From assembly GCA_963826475.1 (NCBI GenBank), contig CAWGXC010000002.1, positions 72,541 through 136,540 of the forward strand: a DNA stretch of 64,000 nt, given 5' to 3'. The DNA comes from an uncultured Solirubrobacterales bacterium (GTDB lineage Bacteria; Actinomycetota; Thermoleophilia; Solirubrobacterales; 70-9). The position numbers and the translations under genes are program-made. The notes under the pieces are model-generated. The model saw only the letters and a list, made by a program, of their open reading frames with translations. It was not told the DNA's origin and did not search any database. Below are positions 1-8,437 of the stretch, one piece after another (position 1 is the first letter of the stretch; each line of letters opens with the position of its first letter).

Positions 1-1
1 G

Positions 2-781
2 GAGCCGGGAACGATCGTGCGCATCACCGGTCGCTACGAGGTCAGCTCGCAGTGGGGTAACGCCCTGGTCATCGAGGGGATCTCCCCGGCTCAGGAGAGC
101 GACTACGACCCGGCCGATCTGCTCGAGTCCTCGCCGGTTCCCGTCGAGCGGATGGAATCGGATCTCGCTTCCCTGCTCGAGACCATCCAGAGTCCCGACC
201 TGCGACGGCTCCTCGACCGCTTCTTCGCCCCCGGTTGCGACCTCTGGCCGCGCTTCCGCGACGCGCCCGCCGCCAAGCACTATCACCAGGCCTATCGGCA
301 TGGGCTCTTCGAGCACACGCTGTCGGTGGCTCAGGGAGTGAGCGCCGCAGCATCGTTCTTCCCCGGGATCGACCGCGACGTCGCGATCACCGGTGCGCTG
401 TTGCACGACATCGGCAAGCTCGAGGCCTACAACGACGATCCCCTCGCGATCGACCTCACCGACCTCGGTCGCCTGATCGGGGAGATCCCGCTCGGTTACT
501 ACCGCGTGCGCCGGGAGATCGAGTCCATCGACGGCTTCGATCCCGACCTCGGCTGGGCCGTCCTCCACATCGTGCTCTCCCACCACGGGACCCTCGAGCA
601 CGGCTCGCCCGTCGTCCCCGCCACCCGCGAGGCGACGCTCGTGCACATGATGGACAACCTCGGCGGCAAGCTCGGCAGCTTCGACCGGATCGAGCGCGGC
701 CTCGCCGAGGGTCAGGCCTGGTCCGGCTTCGATCGCGGCATCGACGGCTCCGCCTACTTTCGCGACAGAACGGCGGCCTGA
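2..781 (+). CDS. OB-fold/HD-domain phosphohydrolase, YhaM-like 3'-5' exoribonuclease family (5' end outside window)
   Basis: The reading frame is open to the window edge; the listed ORF 17..781 begins at an internal GTG. HD-domain motifs are HGLFEHTLSV, LLHDIGK, LSHHGTLEHGSPVVP and DNLGGK. It is colinear with the paralog at 43755..44669, whose N-terminal OB part is missing here. Confidence 0.7.
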   Translation, partial: EPGTIVRITGRYEVSSQWGNALVIEGISPAQESDYDPADLLESSPVPVERMESDLASLLETIQSPDLRRLLDRFFAPGCDLWPRFRDAPAAKHYHQAYRHGLFEHTLSVAQGVSAAASFFPGIDRDVAITGALLHDIGKLEAYNDDPLAIDLTDLGRLIGEIPLGYYRVRREIESIDGFDPDLGWAVLHIVLSHHGTLEHGSPVVPATREATLVHMMDNLGGKLGSFDRIERGLAEGQAWSGFDRGIDGSAYFRDRTAA

Positions 782-811
782 GCGCGGCGTAACCGGGCCT
801 GAGTCAGCGGC

Positions 812-1153
812 TCAGTTCTGAAGCCGCTCCGCGCACGCCTTCATCTTGTTCGTGTCGGGCTGCACCCGCTGGATGCAGTGGAGCAGCTTCTGGGCCTGAC
901 GACGCTGCTTGTCGCCAAGATCGGTCTGCTTGATCTGTTGCTGGATCGAGCTGAAGTCGCCGTCCTTGACCTGATCGAGGTTGACGTTGTCGAGGCCGAC
1001 GTCGTCGAAGGCCGAGTCGAAGCTGTCGTTGAAGCTGTTGAAGGCGTTGTTCGTGGTGTCGAGGACCGGCCGCACTATGAAGAGGTACACCGCGCCGAGA
1101 ATCGCGATCGTGACCAGCAGCCGGATCAGGTTGTTGGCGAGCATCTCGGCCAT
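812..1153 (-). CDS. small single-pass membrane protein with an Asn/Asp/Gln-rich tail (hypothetical)
   Basis: 113-aa ORF with an N-terminal hydrophobic helix (LIRLLVTIAILGAVYLFIV). This is followed by NNAFNSFNDSFDSAFDD... and a C-terminal Cys pair. No overlapping better ORF. Divergent from pafBC. Confidence 0.5.
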   Translation of the reverse strand: MAEMLANNLIRLLVTIAILGAVYLFIVRPVLDTTNNAFNSFNDSFDSAFDDVGLDNVNLDQVKDGDFSSIQQQIKQTDLGDKQRRQAQKLLHCIQRVQPDTNKMKACAERLQN

Positions 1154-1283
1154 CTACTTCGCGAATCTAGCCGACCGTGCCGGACGAGGTGGTGTCCAAT
1201 GCTGCGCCAGAGAGCGCAAAGTGCGTAATTCCCGCTGGCCGGGCGGGGGAGCGAGGCACCGCCGGGAACTATCCTGCTGCTCG

Positions 1284-3332
1284 ATGGCGAAGGACACCGA
1301 GAAGCTGATCAGACAGCTCTCTCTGATCTCCTTCTTGATGGCGAACCGCCGCCCCGTGTCGGCGCTCGAGATCAAGCAGGAGGTCGAGGGCTATTCCTCG
1401 ATGAACGAGGACGCCTTCGCGCGCCGTTTCTACGCCGACCGCGCCGAGCTCGAAAGCCTCGGAATCGCGCTCAAGGTTGACCGCCCGAGCGAGGGGTTCC
1501 TGGAGTCCGAGCTGTACGCCCTGCCTCCCGAGAACTACTACCTGCCGGCGATCGAGTTCACCGACGGGGAGCTCGCCGCGCTGCGCACCGCGCTCGCCCT
1601 GCTCGACGGTCAGTTCGCGTACGCGGAGCCGCTGCGCCTCGCGCTTCAGCAGGTCTCGTGGGGACGCAAGAGCCCGCTCGTCGATGATGCGGCAGCGCCG
1701 ATCGAGATGGCGATGACGGCCTCGGCGGGTGGCCGCGAGCTCTCCCAGCGGCTGGCGAAGATCGAGACGGCGATCTCCCGTCGCAAGACGATCGAGTTCT
1801 CCTATTACACGATGGAGCGCGACGCGACGGCCGACCGCAAGGTGGATCCCTACCACCTCGTCTTCCGCTCCGGGCAGTTCTATTTGATCGGCTACGCCCA
1901 CGAGCGCGACGCCGTTCGCGTCTTCCGGCTTTCGCGGATCCAGGGCAAGGTCTCCTACGCCAGCAAGGCCGAGCACGATTTCAACCCGCCCGGTTCGTTC
2001 GACCGCCGCGACTACGCCTCTCGGGCCGACTGGCAGATGGGCTCGAAGGCGGGGAGGGCTCGGATCTTCCTCCGCGACCGCATCGACTGGCTGGTCGAGC
2101 GCGACTACGGCGAGTTCGGCGAGATCGCCCCCGCGACGAACGGCGATTCGAAGGCCGGGAAGGGCTCTGTGTACGAGACGGACTTCTCCTCCTCGCGCCA
2201 GCTCGTCGCCTGGTTGCTGGGCTGGCGCCAGCACGTGAAGGTTCTCGAGCCGCCGGAGCTCGCGACCGAGACCGAGGAGCGCCTCGGCCTTCTGCGCACC
2301 CGCCACTCGAGTGACTTCGCGACGGCCAAGGCCGTCGCCAGCCCGGCCGTCGCCGACGTCGAGCGACGAACCCGCAGCAACGGCAAGACCGAGACGGTCA
2401 TCCGGCCCGAGCGCTTCGCCCGGCTCGTGACCCTGGCCGGGATGCTGATCGGCTCCGCCCGCAACGAGCGTCAGCTGCTCACCGCGGACGTCTGCGAGGA
2501 GCTCGGGATCTCCGTTCGCGAACTGATCGGAGACATCGACGTGCTCAACGTCGTGAACTTCGGCGGCGGCACCTACGTGCTCTACGCGGAGGTCGTCGGC
2601 GACGAGATCGAGGTCGACCCTGAGGCCTATGGGGACAGCTTCGCCAAGCCCGCTCGCCTGCTGCCGCTCGAGGCGAAGGCGCTCGTCGCCGCGATCGACT
2701 TCTTCGGCGACCACCTCCCGCAGGCCGGCCTCGACACGGCGCGCGACAAGATCATCGAGGCGCTCGGCCACGATCCCTCCGAGGAGGGCCTGCAGATCAC
2801 GATCGAGCGCGACGAGCCCGAGATCGTCAGCGCCGTCAACGAGGCGATCGCCGCTCACGAGGTCCTCAAGATCAACTACTACAAGGAGAACGAGGATCAG
2901 TTCACATCGCGGGAGATCGAGCCGTATCGGCTCGCCCGCGGGCCGGGTGGGTGGTACGTCGGGTGCCGGGATCGCAAGCGCGACGCGGTTCGCCACTTCC
3001 GCCTCGACCGGACCAAGGAGGCCGAGCCGACCGGCGAGACGTTCGAGCCGAACGAGGACGTGGAGGCTCAGCTGAGCGCCCAGCACTGGCTCACCGAGGG
3101 CGAGGTCACCGACGCCCGGGTGGCTCGCGTCTGGGTTTCACCGGAGCGCGCCCGCTGGGTCCGCGAGGAGCGCACCGTCGTCGAGGAGCTGGCTGATGGC
3201 GCGCTGATCATCGAGATGCCCTTCGCCGGCACCTCGTGGCTCGTCCGTGAGGTCCTCAAGGGCGCGGGCGACATGGTGGTGCTGGAGCCGAGCGACGCTC
3301 GCGAGGCAGTCCTCAGCGCCGTCTCCAGCTGA
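1284..3332 (+). CDS. pafBC: fused PafB-PafC-like transcriptional regulator (two HTH-WYL modules in one 682-aa protein)
   Basis: The ATG at 1284 is in frame with listed ORF 981..3332. Module 1 has LIRQLSLISFLMANRRPVSALEIKQEV and the WYL core DPYHLVFRSGQFYLIGYAHERDAVRVFRLSRI. Module 2 has ADVCEELGISVRELIGDIDVL and EPYRLARGPGGWYVGCRDRKRDAVRHFRLDR. A TATCCT hexamer at 1270..1275 lies 8 nt before the ATG. Confidence 0.75.
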   Translation: MAKDTEKLIRQLSLISFLMANRRPVSALEIKQEVEGYSSMNEDAFARRFYADRAELESLGIALKVDRPSEGFLESELYALPPENYYLPAIEFTDGELAALRTALALLDGQFAYAEPLRLALQQVSWGRKSPLVDDAAAPIEMAMTASAGGRELSQRLAKIETAISRRKTIEFSYYTMERDATADRKVDPYHLVFRSGQFYLIGYAHERDAVRVFRLSRIQGKVSYASKAEHDFNPPGSFDRRDYASRADWQMGSKAGRARIFLRDRIDWLVERDYGEFGEIAPATNGDSKAGKGSVYETDFSSSRQLVAWLLGWRQHVKVLEPPELATETEERLGLLRTRHSSDFATAKAVASPAVADVERRTRSNGKTETVIRPERFARLVTLAGMLIGSARNERQLLTADVCEELGISVRELIGDIDVLNVVNFGGGTYVLYAEVVGDEIEVDPEAYGDSFAKPARLLPLEAKALVAAIDFFGDHLPQAGLDTARDKIIEALGHDPSEEGLQITIERDEPEIVSAVNEAIAAHEVLKINYYKENEDQFTSREIEPYRLARGPGGWYVGCRDRKRDAVRHFRLDRTKEAEPTGETFEPNEDVEAQLSAQHWLTEGEVTDARVARVWVSPERARWVREERTVVEELADGALIIEMPFAGTSWLVREVLKGAGDMVVLEPSDAREAVLSAVSS

Positions 3333-3334
3333 GC

Positions 3335-4195
3335 ATGCCGGCGGCCGGGGACGATCTCCCCGATCGGGAAGCCCGTGCCTCCGAGGCTCCCGGACACCCC
3401 GAGGTCGTCCGGATACGGGCCCCCAACCCAGGTCCGATGACGCTCACGGGCACGAACACCTACGTCGTCGGCAGCTCGCCGGCCTGGGTCGTCGACCCCG
3501 GCCCGGGCGACGCGGACCACATCGCCGAGGTGCGTGACGTCGCCGAGGCCCGCGGTGGGATCGGCGGCGTCGTGCTCACGCACTCCCACAGCGACCACAG
3601 CGGCGGTGTCGAGATGCTGGGAGCGGGATTGGATTGGGGTGATTCATCGGGCACCGACGAAGCGGCCGAGCTCGCTGCGGCGCTGCGCGCCGGAGGCGAT
3701 GCGGCTGAGAGCGTCGAGGACCCGCCGCCATTCGCCGCGCCCCCCGCGAGGGTCGGCCCGTTTCAGGTGCTTCCCACCCCCGGTCACGCACGGGACCACG
3801 TCGCCTTCGTCCTCGGCCCGGTCTGCTTCTGCGGCGACCTGATCCTCGGCGAGGGATCGACGATCGTGCCCCCCGCGGCCGGCGGCGGCTCCCTCATCGA
3901 CTACATGCGCTCCCTCGAGCTCGTCCGCGGGCTCGCCGCGACGCTCCTCTGCCCGGGGCACGGCTCCTGGATCACCGACCCGGAGGCCAGGATCGAGGAG
4001 TACATGACGCATCGCCGCGAGCGGGAGCGCCTGCTCGCCGAGTCCCTCGACGCCGGCAAGCGCTCCCGGGACGAGCTGCTCGACGACGCCTGGTCCGACG
4101 TTCCGGCGGGCCTGCGTCCGGCCGCAGCGCTGGCGCTCCAATCGCACCTGGAGAAGCTGCGGGCCGAGGGCCGGCTGCCCGCCGACCTCACCTAG
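3335..4195 (+). CDS. MBL-fold metallo-hydrolase
   Basis: HxHxDH motif (LTHSHSDHSGG), later PTPGHARDH and CPGHG. It starts 3 nt after the pafBC stop. Confidence 0.8.
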   Translation: MPAAGDDLPDREARASEAPGHPEVVRIRAPNPGPMTLTGTNTYVVGSSPAWVVDPGPGDADHIAEVRDVAEARGGIGGVVLTHSHSDHSGGVEMLGAGLDWGDSSGTDEAAELAAALRAGGDAAESVEDPPPFAAPPARVGPFQVLPTPGHARDHVAFVLGPVCFCGDLILGEGSTIVPPAAGGGSLIDYMRSLELVRGLAATLLCPGHGSWITDPEARIEEYMTHRRERERLLAESLDAGKRSRDELLDDAWSDVPAGLRPAAALALQSHLEKLRAEGRLPADLT

Positions 4196-4256
4196 CCCCG
4201 CCGGCCGCGATGGCGGCGGCGATGGCGGCACTTCATGCTCTGCGAAGATCGCGATC

Positions 4257-4724
4257 ATGTCCCGCCGCGACCAGATCCAGATGAGCGCGGAGGAGCAGCT
4301 TGCGCTCCTCGACGAGGAACGAGTCGTCATCGTTACGACCATCGGGCCGCGCGGGTGGCCGCATTCGATGCCGCTGTGGTTCACGGTCCGCGACGGCGAC
4401 ATCTGGGCCTGGACCTTCGCCAAGTCGCAGAAGGTCAAGAACCTCGAGCGGGATCCGCGCTGCACGCTGCTGGTCGAGGCCGGCGATCAGTACCTGGAGC
4501 TGCGCGGCCTGCAGATCGAGGCGGAGGCGGAGGTGATCCGCGATTACGACACGGTGCTGGCGTTCGGCAAGGAGCTGGCGATTCGCTACAGCGACGGAAT
4601 CGACGAGATTGAGGGAGATGCCGCCGCGGGGCTGGCGGCCCAGGCGCCGAAGCGGGTGGCGATCCACTTCCGCCCCGTGCGAACGGCCAGCTGGGACCAC
4701 CGCAAGCTCGGGGGCACGTATTGA
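4257..4724 (+). CDS. pyridoxamine 5'-phosphate oxidase family / PPOX-class (probably F420- or FMN-dependent) enzyme
   Basis: 155 aa. Typical PPOX-class N-terminus (EEQLALLDEERVVIVTTIGPRGWPHSMPLWF, KVKNLERDPRCTLLVE). Confidence 0.7.
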   Translation: MSRRDQIQMSAEEQLALLDEERVVIVTTIGPRGWPHSMPLWFTVRDGDIWAWTFAKSQKVKNLERDPRCTLLVEAGDQYLELRGLQIEAEAEVIRDYDTVLAFGKELAIRYSDGIDEIEGDAAAGLAAQAPKRVAIHFRPVRTASWDHRKLGGTY

Positions 4725-6439
4725 TGGAGCAATACACTCATCGCGTGAGCTGCCGTCGCGTCCTGGGAGGGACCCTCGCAACCGTCTGCGCATTCGCTGT
4801 GCTGGTCGCCCCTGCCGCCGCCGGCACGAAGAAGCTCAAGGCCGCGAGCTACCCCGGGATGACGACGTTCTCGTGCCGCACCGATGCGATCGAGCTGCAC
4901 CCTGGGCAGAACCTCAACGACTTCAACATCACGCGCACCTGTCCCAACGCCGCCAACGTCAAGGGCCCGCTCGATGTGAGCATCTTCAACGAGGGATCGC
5001 CCGCCTCCGGCTACATCACCCGCTTCAAGCCGAGCATGGTCGAGATCCTGCCGAGCGGCAAGCTCGTCACGCCGAGCGTCTGGGATCTCCACCTCCACCA
5101 CGTCGTCTGGATCGCGCCGAACGGCGGGCCGACCTTCGCCTCGGGCGAGGAGAAGACGATCCCGAAGTTCCCGCAGGGTTACGGGCTGAAGGTCGACGCC
5201 GACGCCAACTGGGGCATCAACCAGATGATCCACGACCTCGGCGCGACGCCGGGCAGGCGCGTCTACATGACCTGGGAGATCGACTGGGTGCCTGAGACGG
5301 ACCCCGCGCGCACCGACATCACACCGACACAGGTCCGGTGGATGGACGTCGCCGGCGCTCCCCACATCTATCCGGTCTTCGACGCCAGGAAGAGCTACGA
5401 CCTCGATGGAGACGGCAAGTACGTCTTCCCTGACGACGTGCCGACCGATCCCTCCAAGCCCGGCTACGAGGAGCGGGCGAACATCAGCAACTCCAGCCAG
5501 TGGACGATCCCCAAAAGCGGTGCGACGCTCGTCTTCGGCGCCGGCCACCTTCACCCCGGCGGCCTCAGCGTCGACCTCAAGGTGGCTCGCGACGGACCGG
5601 ACGCCGACACCATCGCGGGCACCGACGCCTCCGAGGTCAAGCGGCTGTTCCACTCCGGCGCGCACTACTACGAGCCGGCGGGAGCGGTCAGCTGGGACGT
5701 CGCCCTGGAGGCCACCCGGAAGAACTGGCGGATCAGCCTGAAGCCCGGCGACGTCGTCTCAATCAACGTGACCTACAACGTCAAGCATGCCTCCTGGTAC
5801 GAGTCGATGGGCATCATGCCGCTGGCCTGGAGCAGGGTCCCCGATCCGGCGGCGCGGGACCCGTTCGACAACGCGGCGGCGGTCAAGCGGATGTACAAGC
5901 GGGGTGGCATCCTCACCCACGGCCGGCTTCACGAGAACATCGATCGCAAGGCGCGCAACAACCTCAAGCTCCCGGACCCGCGCGATCTGCGCGACGGTGG
6001 TCAGGTGCCGGCGGGCGGAATCGACATCAACAGCTTCTACTTCACGAACGGTGGCTACTCGGTGGTGCGCGGGTTCCCCGCCTCCGAGATGCGGCCTCCC
6101 GTCGTCCACCCCGGGGACACGGTCACGTTCACCAACCAGGACGCGACGGCGCTGATGCCCCAGACCGAGCAGGCGTGGCACAGCATCACCTCCTGCCGGG
6201 CGCCCTGCAACAAGGGCTCGGGGATCGGCTACCCGCTGGCGAACGGGCCGATCGACTTCGACTCCGGCCAGCTCGGCTACGGCTCGGGGACGAGCACCGA
6301 GGTGACCACGGGCTCCAACGTCTACACGACGCCGCCGCTCAAGCTCGGCAAGAAGGCTCGCAAGAGCGGCGAAGCCACCTACACGTACTTCTGCCGGATC
6401 CACCCGTTCATGCGAGGCTCGATCCGCGTCGAGAAGTAG
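4724..6439 (+). CDS. secreted His-rich protein with C-terminal amicyanin-like type-1 copper (cupredoxin) domain
   Basis: The ATG at 4724 overlaps the TGA of the upstream gene (TGATG). Signal-like N-terminus SCRRVLGGTLATVCAFAVLVAPAAAG. C-terminus YTYFCRIHPFMRGSIRVEK (Cys-x2-His-x2-Met loop) plus AWHSITSC. Confidence 0.7.
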   Translation: MEQYTHRVSCRRVLGGTLATVCAFAVLVAPAAAGTKKLKAASYPGMTTFSCRTDAIELHPGQNLNDFNITRTCPNAANVKGPLDVSIFNEGSPASGYITRFKPSMVEILPSGKLVTPSVWDLHLHHVVWIAPNGGPTFASGEEKTIPKFPQGYGLKVDADANWGINQMIHDLGATPGRRVYMTWEIDWVPETDPARTDITPTQVRWMDVAGAPHIYPVFDARKSYDLDGDGKYVFPDDVPTDPSKPGYEERANISNSSQWTIPKSGATLVFGAGHLHPGGLSVDLKVARDGPDADTIAGTDASEVKRLFHSGAHYYEPAGAVSWDVALEATRKNWRISLKPGDVVSINVTYNVKHASWYESMGIMPLAWSRVPDPAARDPFDNAAAVKRMYKRGGILTHGRLHENIDRKARNNLKLPDPRDLRDGGQVPAGGIDINSFYFTNGGYSVVRGFPASEMRPPVVHPGDTVTFTNQDATALMPQTEQAWHSITSCRAPCNKGSGIGYPLANGPIDFDSGQLGYGSGTSTEVTTGSNVYTTPPLKLGKKARKSGEATYTYFCRIHPFMRGSIRVEK

Positions 6440-6521
6440 CCCCCGGGCCGGCGCGGGCTACGTCGCCGGCCGAGGGAGCTGGAAAACGAAGCGAGGCGGC
6501 GGTCGTTAGCCTGCCGAGCGC

Positions 6522-7595
6522 ATGGAAGAGCTCAAGGGACTGATCCTCTCGGGCGGCGCCGGAACGCGCCTTCGCCCGATCACCCACACATCCGCCAAGC
6601 AGTTGGTTCCGGTGGCCAACAAGCCCGTGCTCTTCTACGGGATCGAGGCACTGGTGGATGCCGGAGTCACCGATATCGGCATCATCATCGCGCCCGCCAC
6701 CGGTGACGAGATTCGCGAGGCGGTCGGCGACGGCTCGGCCCTCGGCGCGCGGATCACCTACATCCCGCAGGCCGAGCCACTCGGCCTCGCCCACGCCGTC
6801 CTCACCGCCGAGGAGTTCCTCGGCGAAGACTCCTTCGTCATGTACCTGGGGGACAACCTGCTCCGCGATGGCATCTCAGAGCTCGTCGCCCAGTTCCGTC
6901 GCAACGAGCCGGATGCCCTGATCCTGCTGACCCAGGTGCTCGATCCAGAGCACTACGGAGTCGCGGAGCTCGACGGCGATCGGATCGTCCGCCTCGTCGA
7001 GAAGCCCAAGGATCCACCCTCCGATCTCGCTCTGGTCGGCGTCTACATGTTCACGCACGAGGTCCTGAAGGCGGCCAAGGCGATCGAGCCCTCCCCTCGC
7101 GGAGAGCTCGAGATCACCGACACCATCCAGCACCTGATCGACACCGGCCACACCGTCGAGCATCATCGCGTCAAGGGTTGGTGGAAGGACACCGGCCAGC
7201 TCGCCGACATGCTGGAGGCCAACCGGCTGGTCCTCGAGGACATCGAACCCCGCCTGGACGGCGAGCTGATCGACTCCAAGGTGGAGGGTCGCGTGATCGT
7301 CGAGGCCGGCGCAAGGCTCGAGAACAGCACCGTCCGTGGGCCGGCGGTGATCGGCACCGGCAGCGTCGTCGTCGACTCCTACATCGGCCCGTACACGGCC
7401 ATCGCATCGGACTGCGAGGTCATTCACTCAGAGGTCGAGCATTCGATCCTCCTCGCCGGCGCCGTCGTCCGCGACCTGCCCTCGCGCATGGAGGCGAGCC
7501 TGCTCGGCCGTGGCGTGAAGATCTCGCGCGCCGACGGATTGCCGAAGACGCTGCGCATGATCGTCGGCGATGCCTCGGAGATGACGCTCCCATGA
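6522..7595 (+). CDS. rmlA: glucose-1-phosphate thymidylyltransferase (long form with C-terminal left-handed beta-helix)
   Basis: N-terminus LILSGGAGTRLRPITHTSAKQLVPVANKPVL. 357 aa. First gene of an overlapping rml operon. Confidence 0.9.
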   Translation: MEELKGLILSGGAGTRLRPITHTSAKQLVPVANKPVLFYGIEALVDAGVTDIGIIIAPATGDEIREAVGDGSALGARITYIPQAEPLGLAHAVLTAEEFLGEDSFVMYLGDNLLRDGISELVAQFRRNEPDALILLTQVLDPEHYGVAELDGDRIVRLVEKPKDPPSDLALVGVYMFTHEVLKAAKAIEPSPRGELEITDTIQHLIDTGHTVEHHRVKGWWKDTGQLADMLEANRLVLEDIEPRLDGELIDSKVEGRVIVEAGARLENSTVRGPAVIGTGSVVVDSYIGPYTAIASDCEVIHSEVEHSILLAGAVVRDLPSRMEASLLGRGVKISRADGLPKTLRMIVGDASEMTLP

Positions 7596-8437
7596 GGGTC
7601 CTCGTCGCCGGTGCCGGGGGCATGCTGGCCCGCGACGTCATCGAAGTCAGCAGGCGCGCGGGTCACGAGGTCATCGCACGTGGTCGCACCCAGCTCGACA
7701 TCACGAATCCGAATTCAATTGAAGAGTCGGTGCGGTCGATCGATCCCGACGTGGTCATCAACTGCGCCGCGTGGTCGGACGTCGATGGCGCCGAGGACGA
7801 TGAACGAGGTGCGATGGCCGTCAACGACACCGGCGCGGCACAGCTCGCGGCTGCCGCGGCGCGTGCCGGTGCGAGCTTCGTCCATCCCTCCAGTGACTAC
7901 GTCTTCGACGGGACGAAGGGAAGCCCGTACCTCGAATCGGACATGCCCGGCCCGATCAGCGCCTACGGCCGCTCCAAGCTCGGTGGGGAGGTCTCGGTCG
8001 CGGCCGCGAACCCGCGCCACTTCATCGTCCGCTCCTCGTGGCTGTTCGGCCACGGCGGCAAGAACTTCGTCGAGACGATGATCAGGATCGGAAGCGAGCA
8101 GCCCGAGGTCCTGGTCGTCAGCGATCAGCGCGGGTGCCCGACGAGCTGCGCGGATCTCGCCGACGGGATGCTGCAGCTGGTCTCCGCGGGTGATTACGGC
8201 ATCCACCACGTCGTCGGCGGCGGTGACTGCACTTGGTTCGACTTCGCTCAGGAGATCTTCGATCAAGCCGGAATGGAGACGCACGTGATGTCGGCGACGA
8301 CCGACATGATGGGCCGTAAGGCGCCCCGCCCCGCCTACTCGGTGCTCGGCCACGAGCGCGACGATGCGATCGAGCTGCAGCCCTGGCAGGACGCGCTTCG
8401 CGTCTACCTGGACGAGCGGGAGCCGGCGCTCCCATGA
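7592..8437 (+). CDS. rmlD: dTDP-4-dehydrorhamnose reductase
   Basis: The ATG at 7592 overlaps the rmlA TGA (ATGA). MRVLVAGAGGMLARDV Rossmann N-terminus and SSDYVFDG motif. The listed ORF 7178.. is an upstream extension inside rmlA. Confidence 0.85.
   Translation: MRVLVAGAGGMLARDVIEVSRRAGHEVIARGRTQLDITNPNSIEESVRSIDPDVVINCAAWSDVDGAEDDERGAMAVNDTGAAQLAAAAARAGASFVHPSSDYVFDGTKGSPYLESDMPGPISAYGRSKLGGEVSVAAANPRHFIVRSSWLFGHGGKNFVETMIRIGSEQPEVLVVSDQRGCPTSCADLADGMLQLVSAGDYGIHHVVGGGDCTWFDFAQEIFDQAGMETHVMSATTDMMGRKAPRPAYSVLGHERDDAIELQPWQDALRVYLDEREPALP

Noticed and set aside
1269-3086. Very long ORFs antisense to, or extending upstream of, well-supported genes. Examples are 1269..3086(-), 10066..11892(-), 13312..15777(-), 29247..30446(-), 38866..40038(-), 53262..55676(+), and the 5' parts of 23997..28439(+) and 52476..57077(-).
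   Set aside because: These are typical shadow ORFs of a very GC-rich genome. Their translations are dominated by Arg/Ala/Gly/Pro/Asp with no motifs. They overlap genes with unmistakable family signatures (pafBC, lhr, groEL, helicase, ileS, fumC). Their third-position pattern is what the opposite-strand gene predicts.
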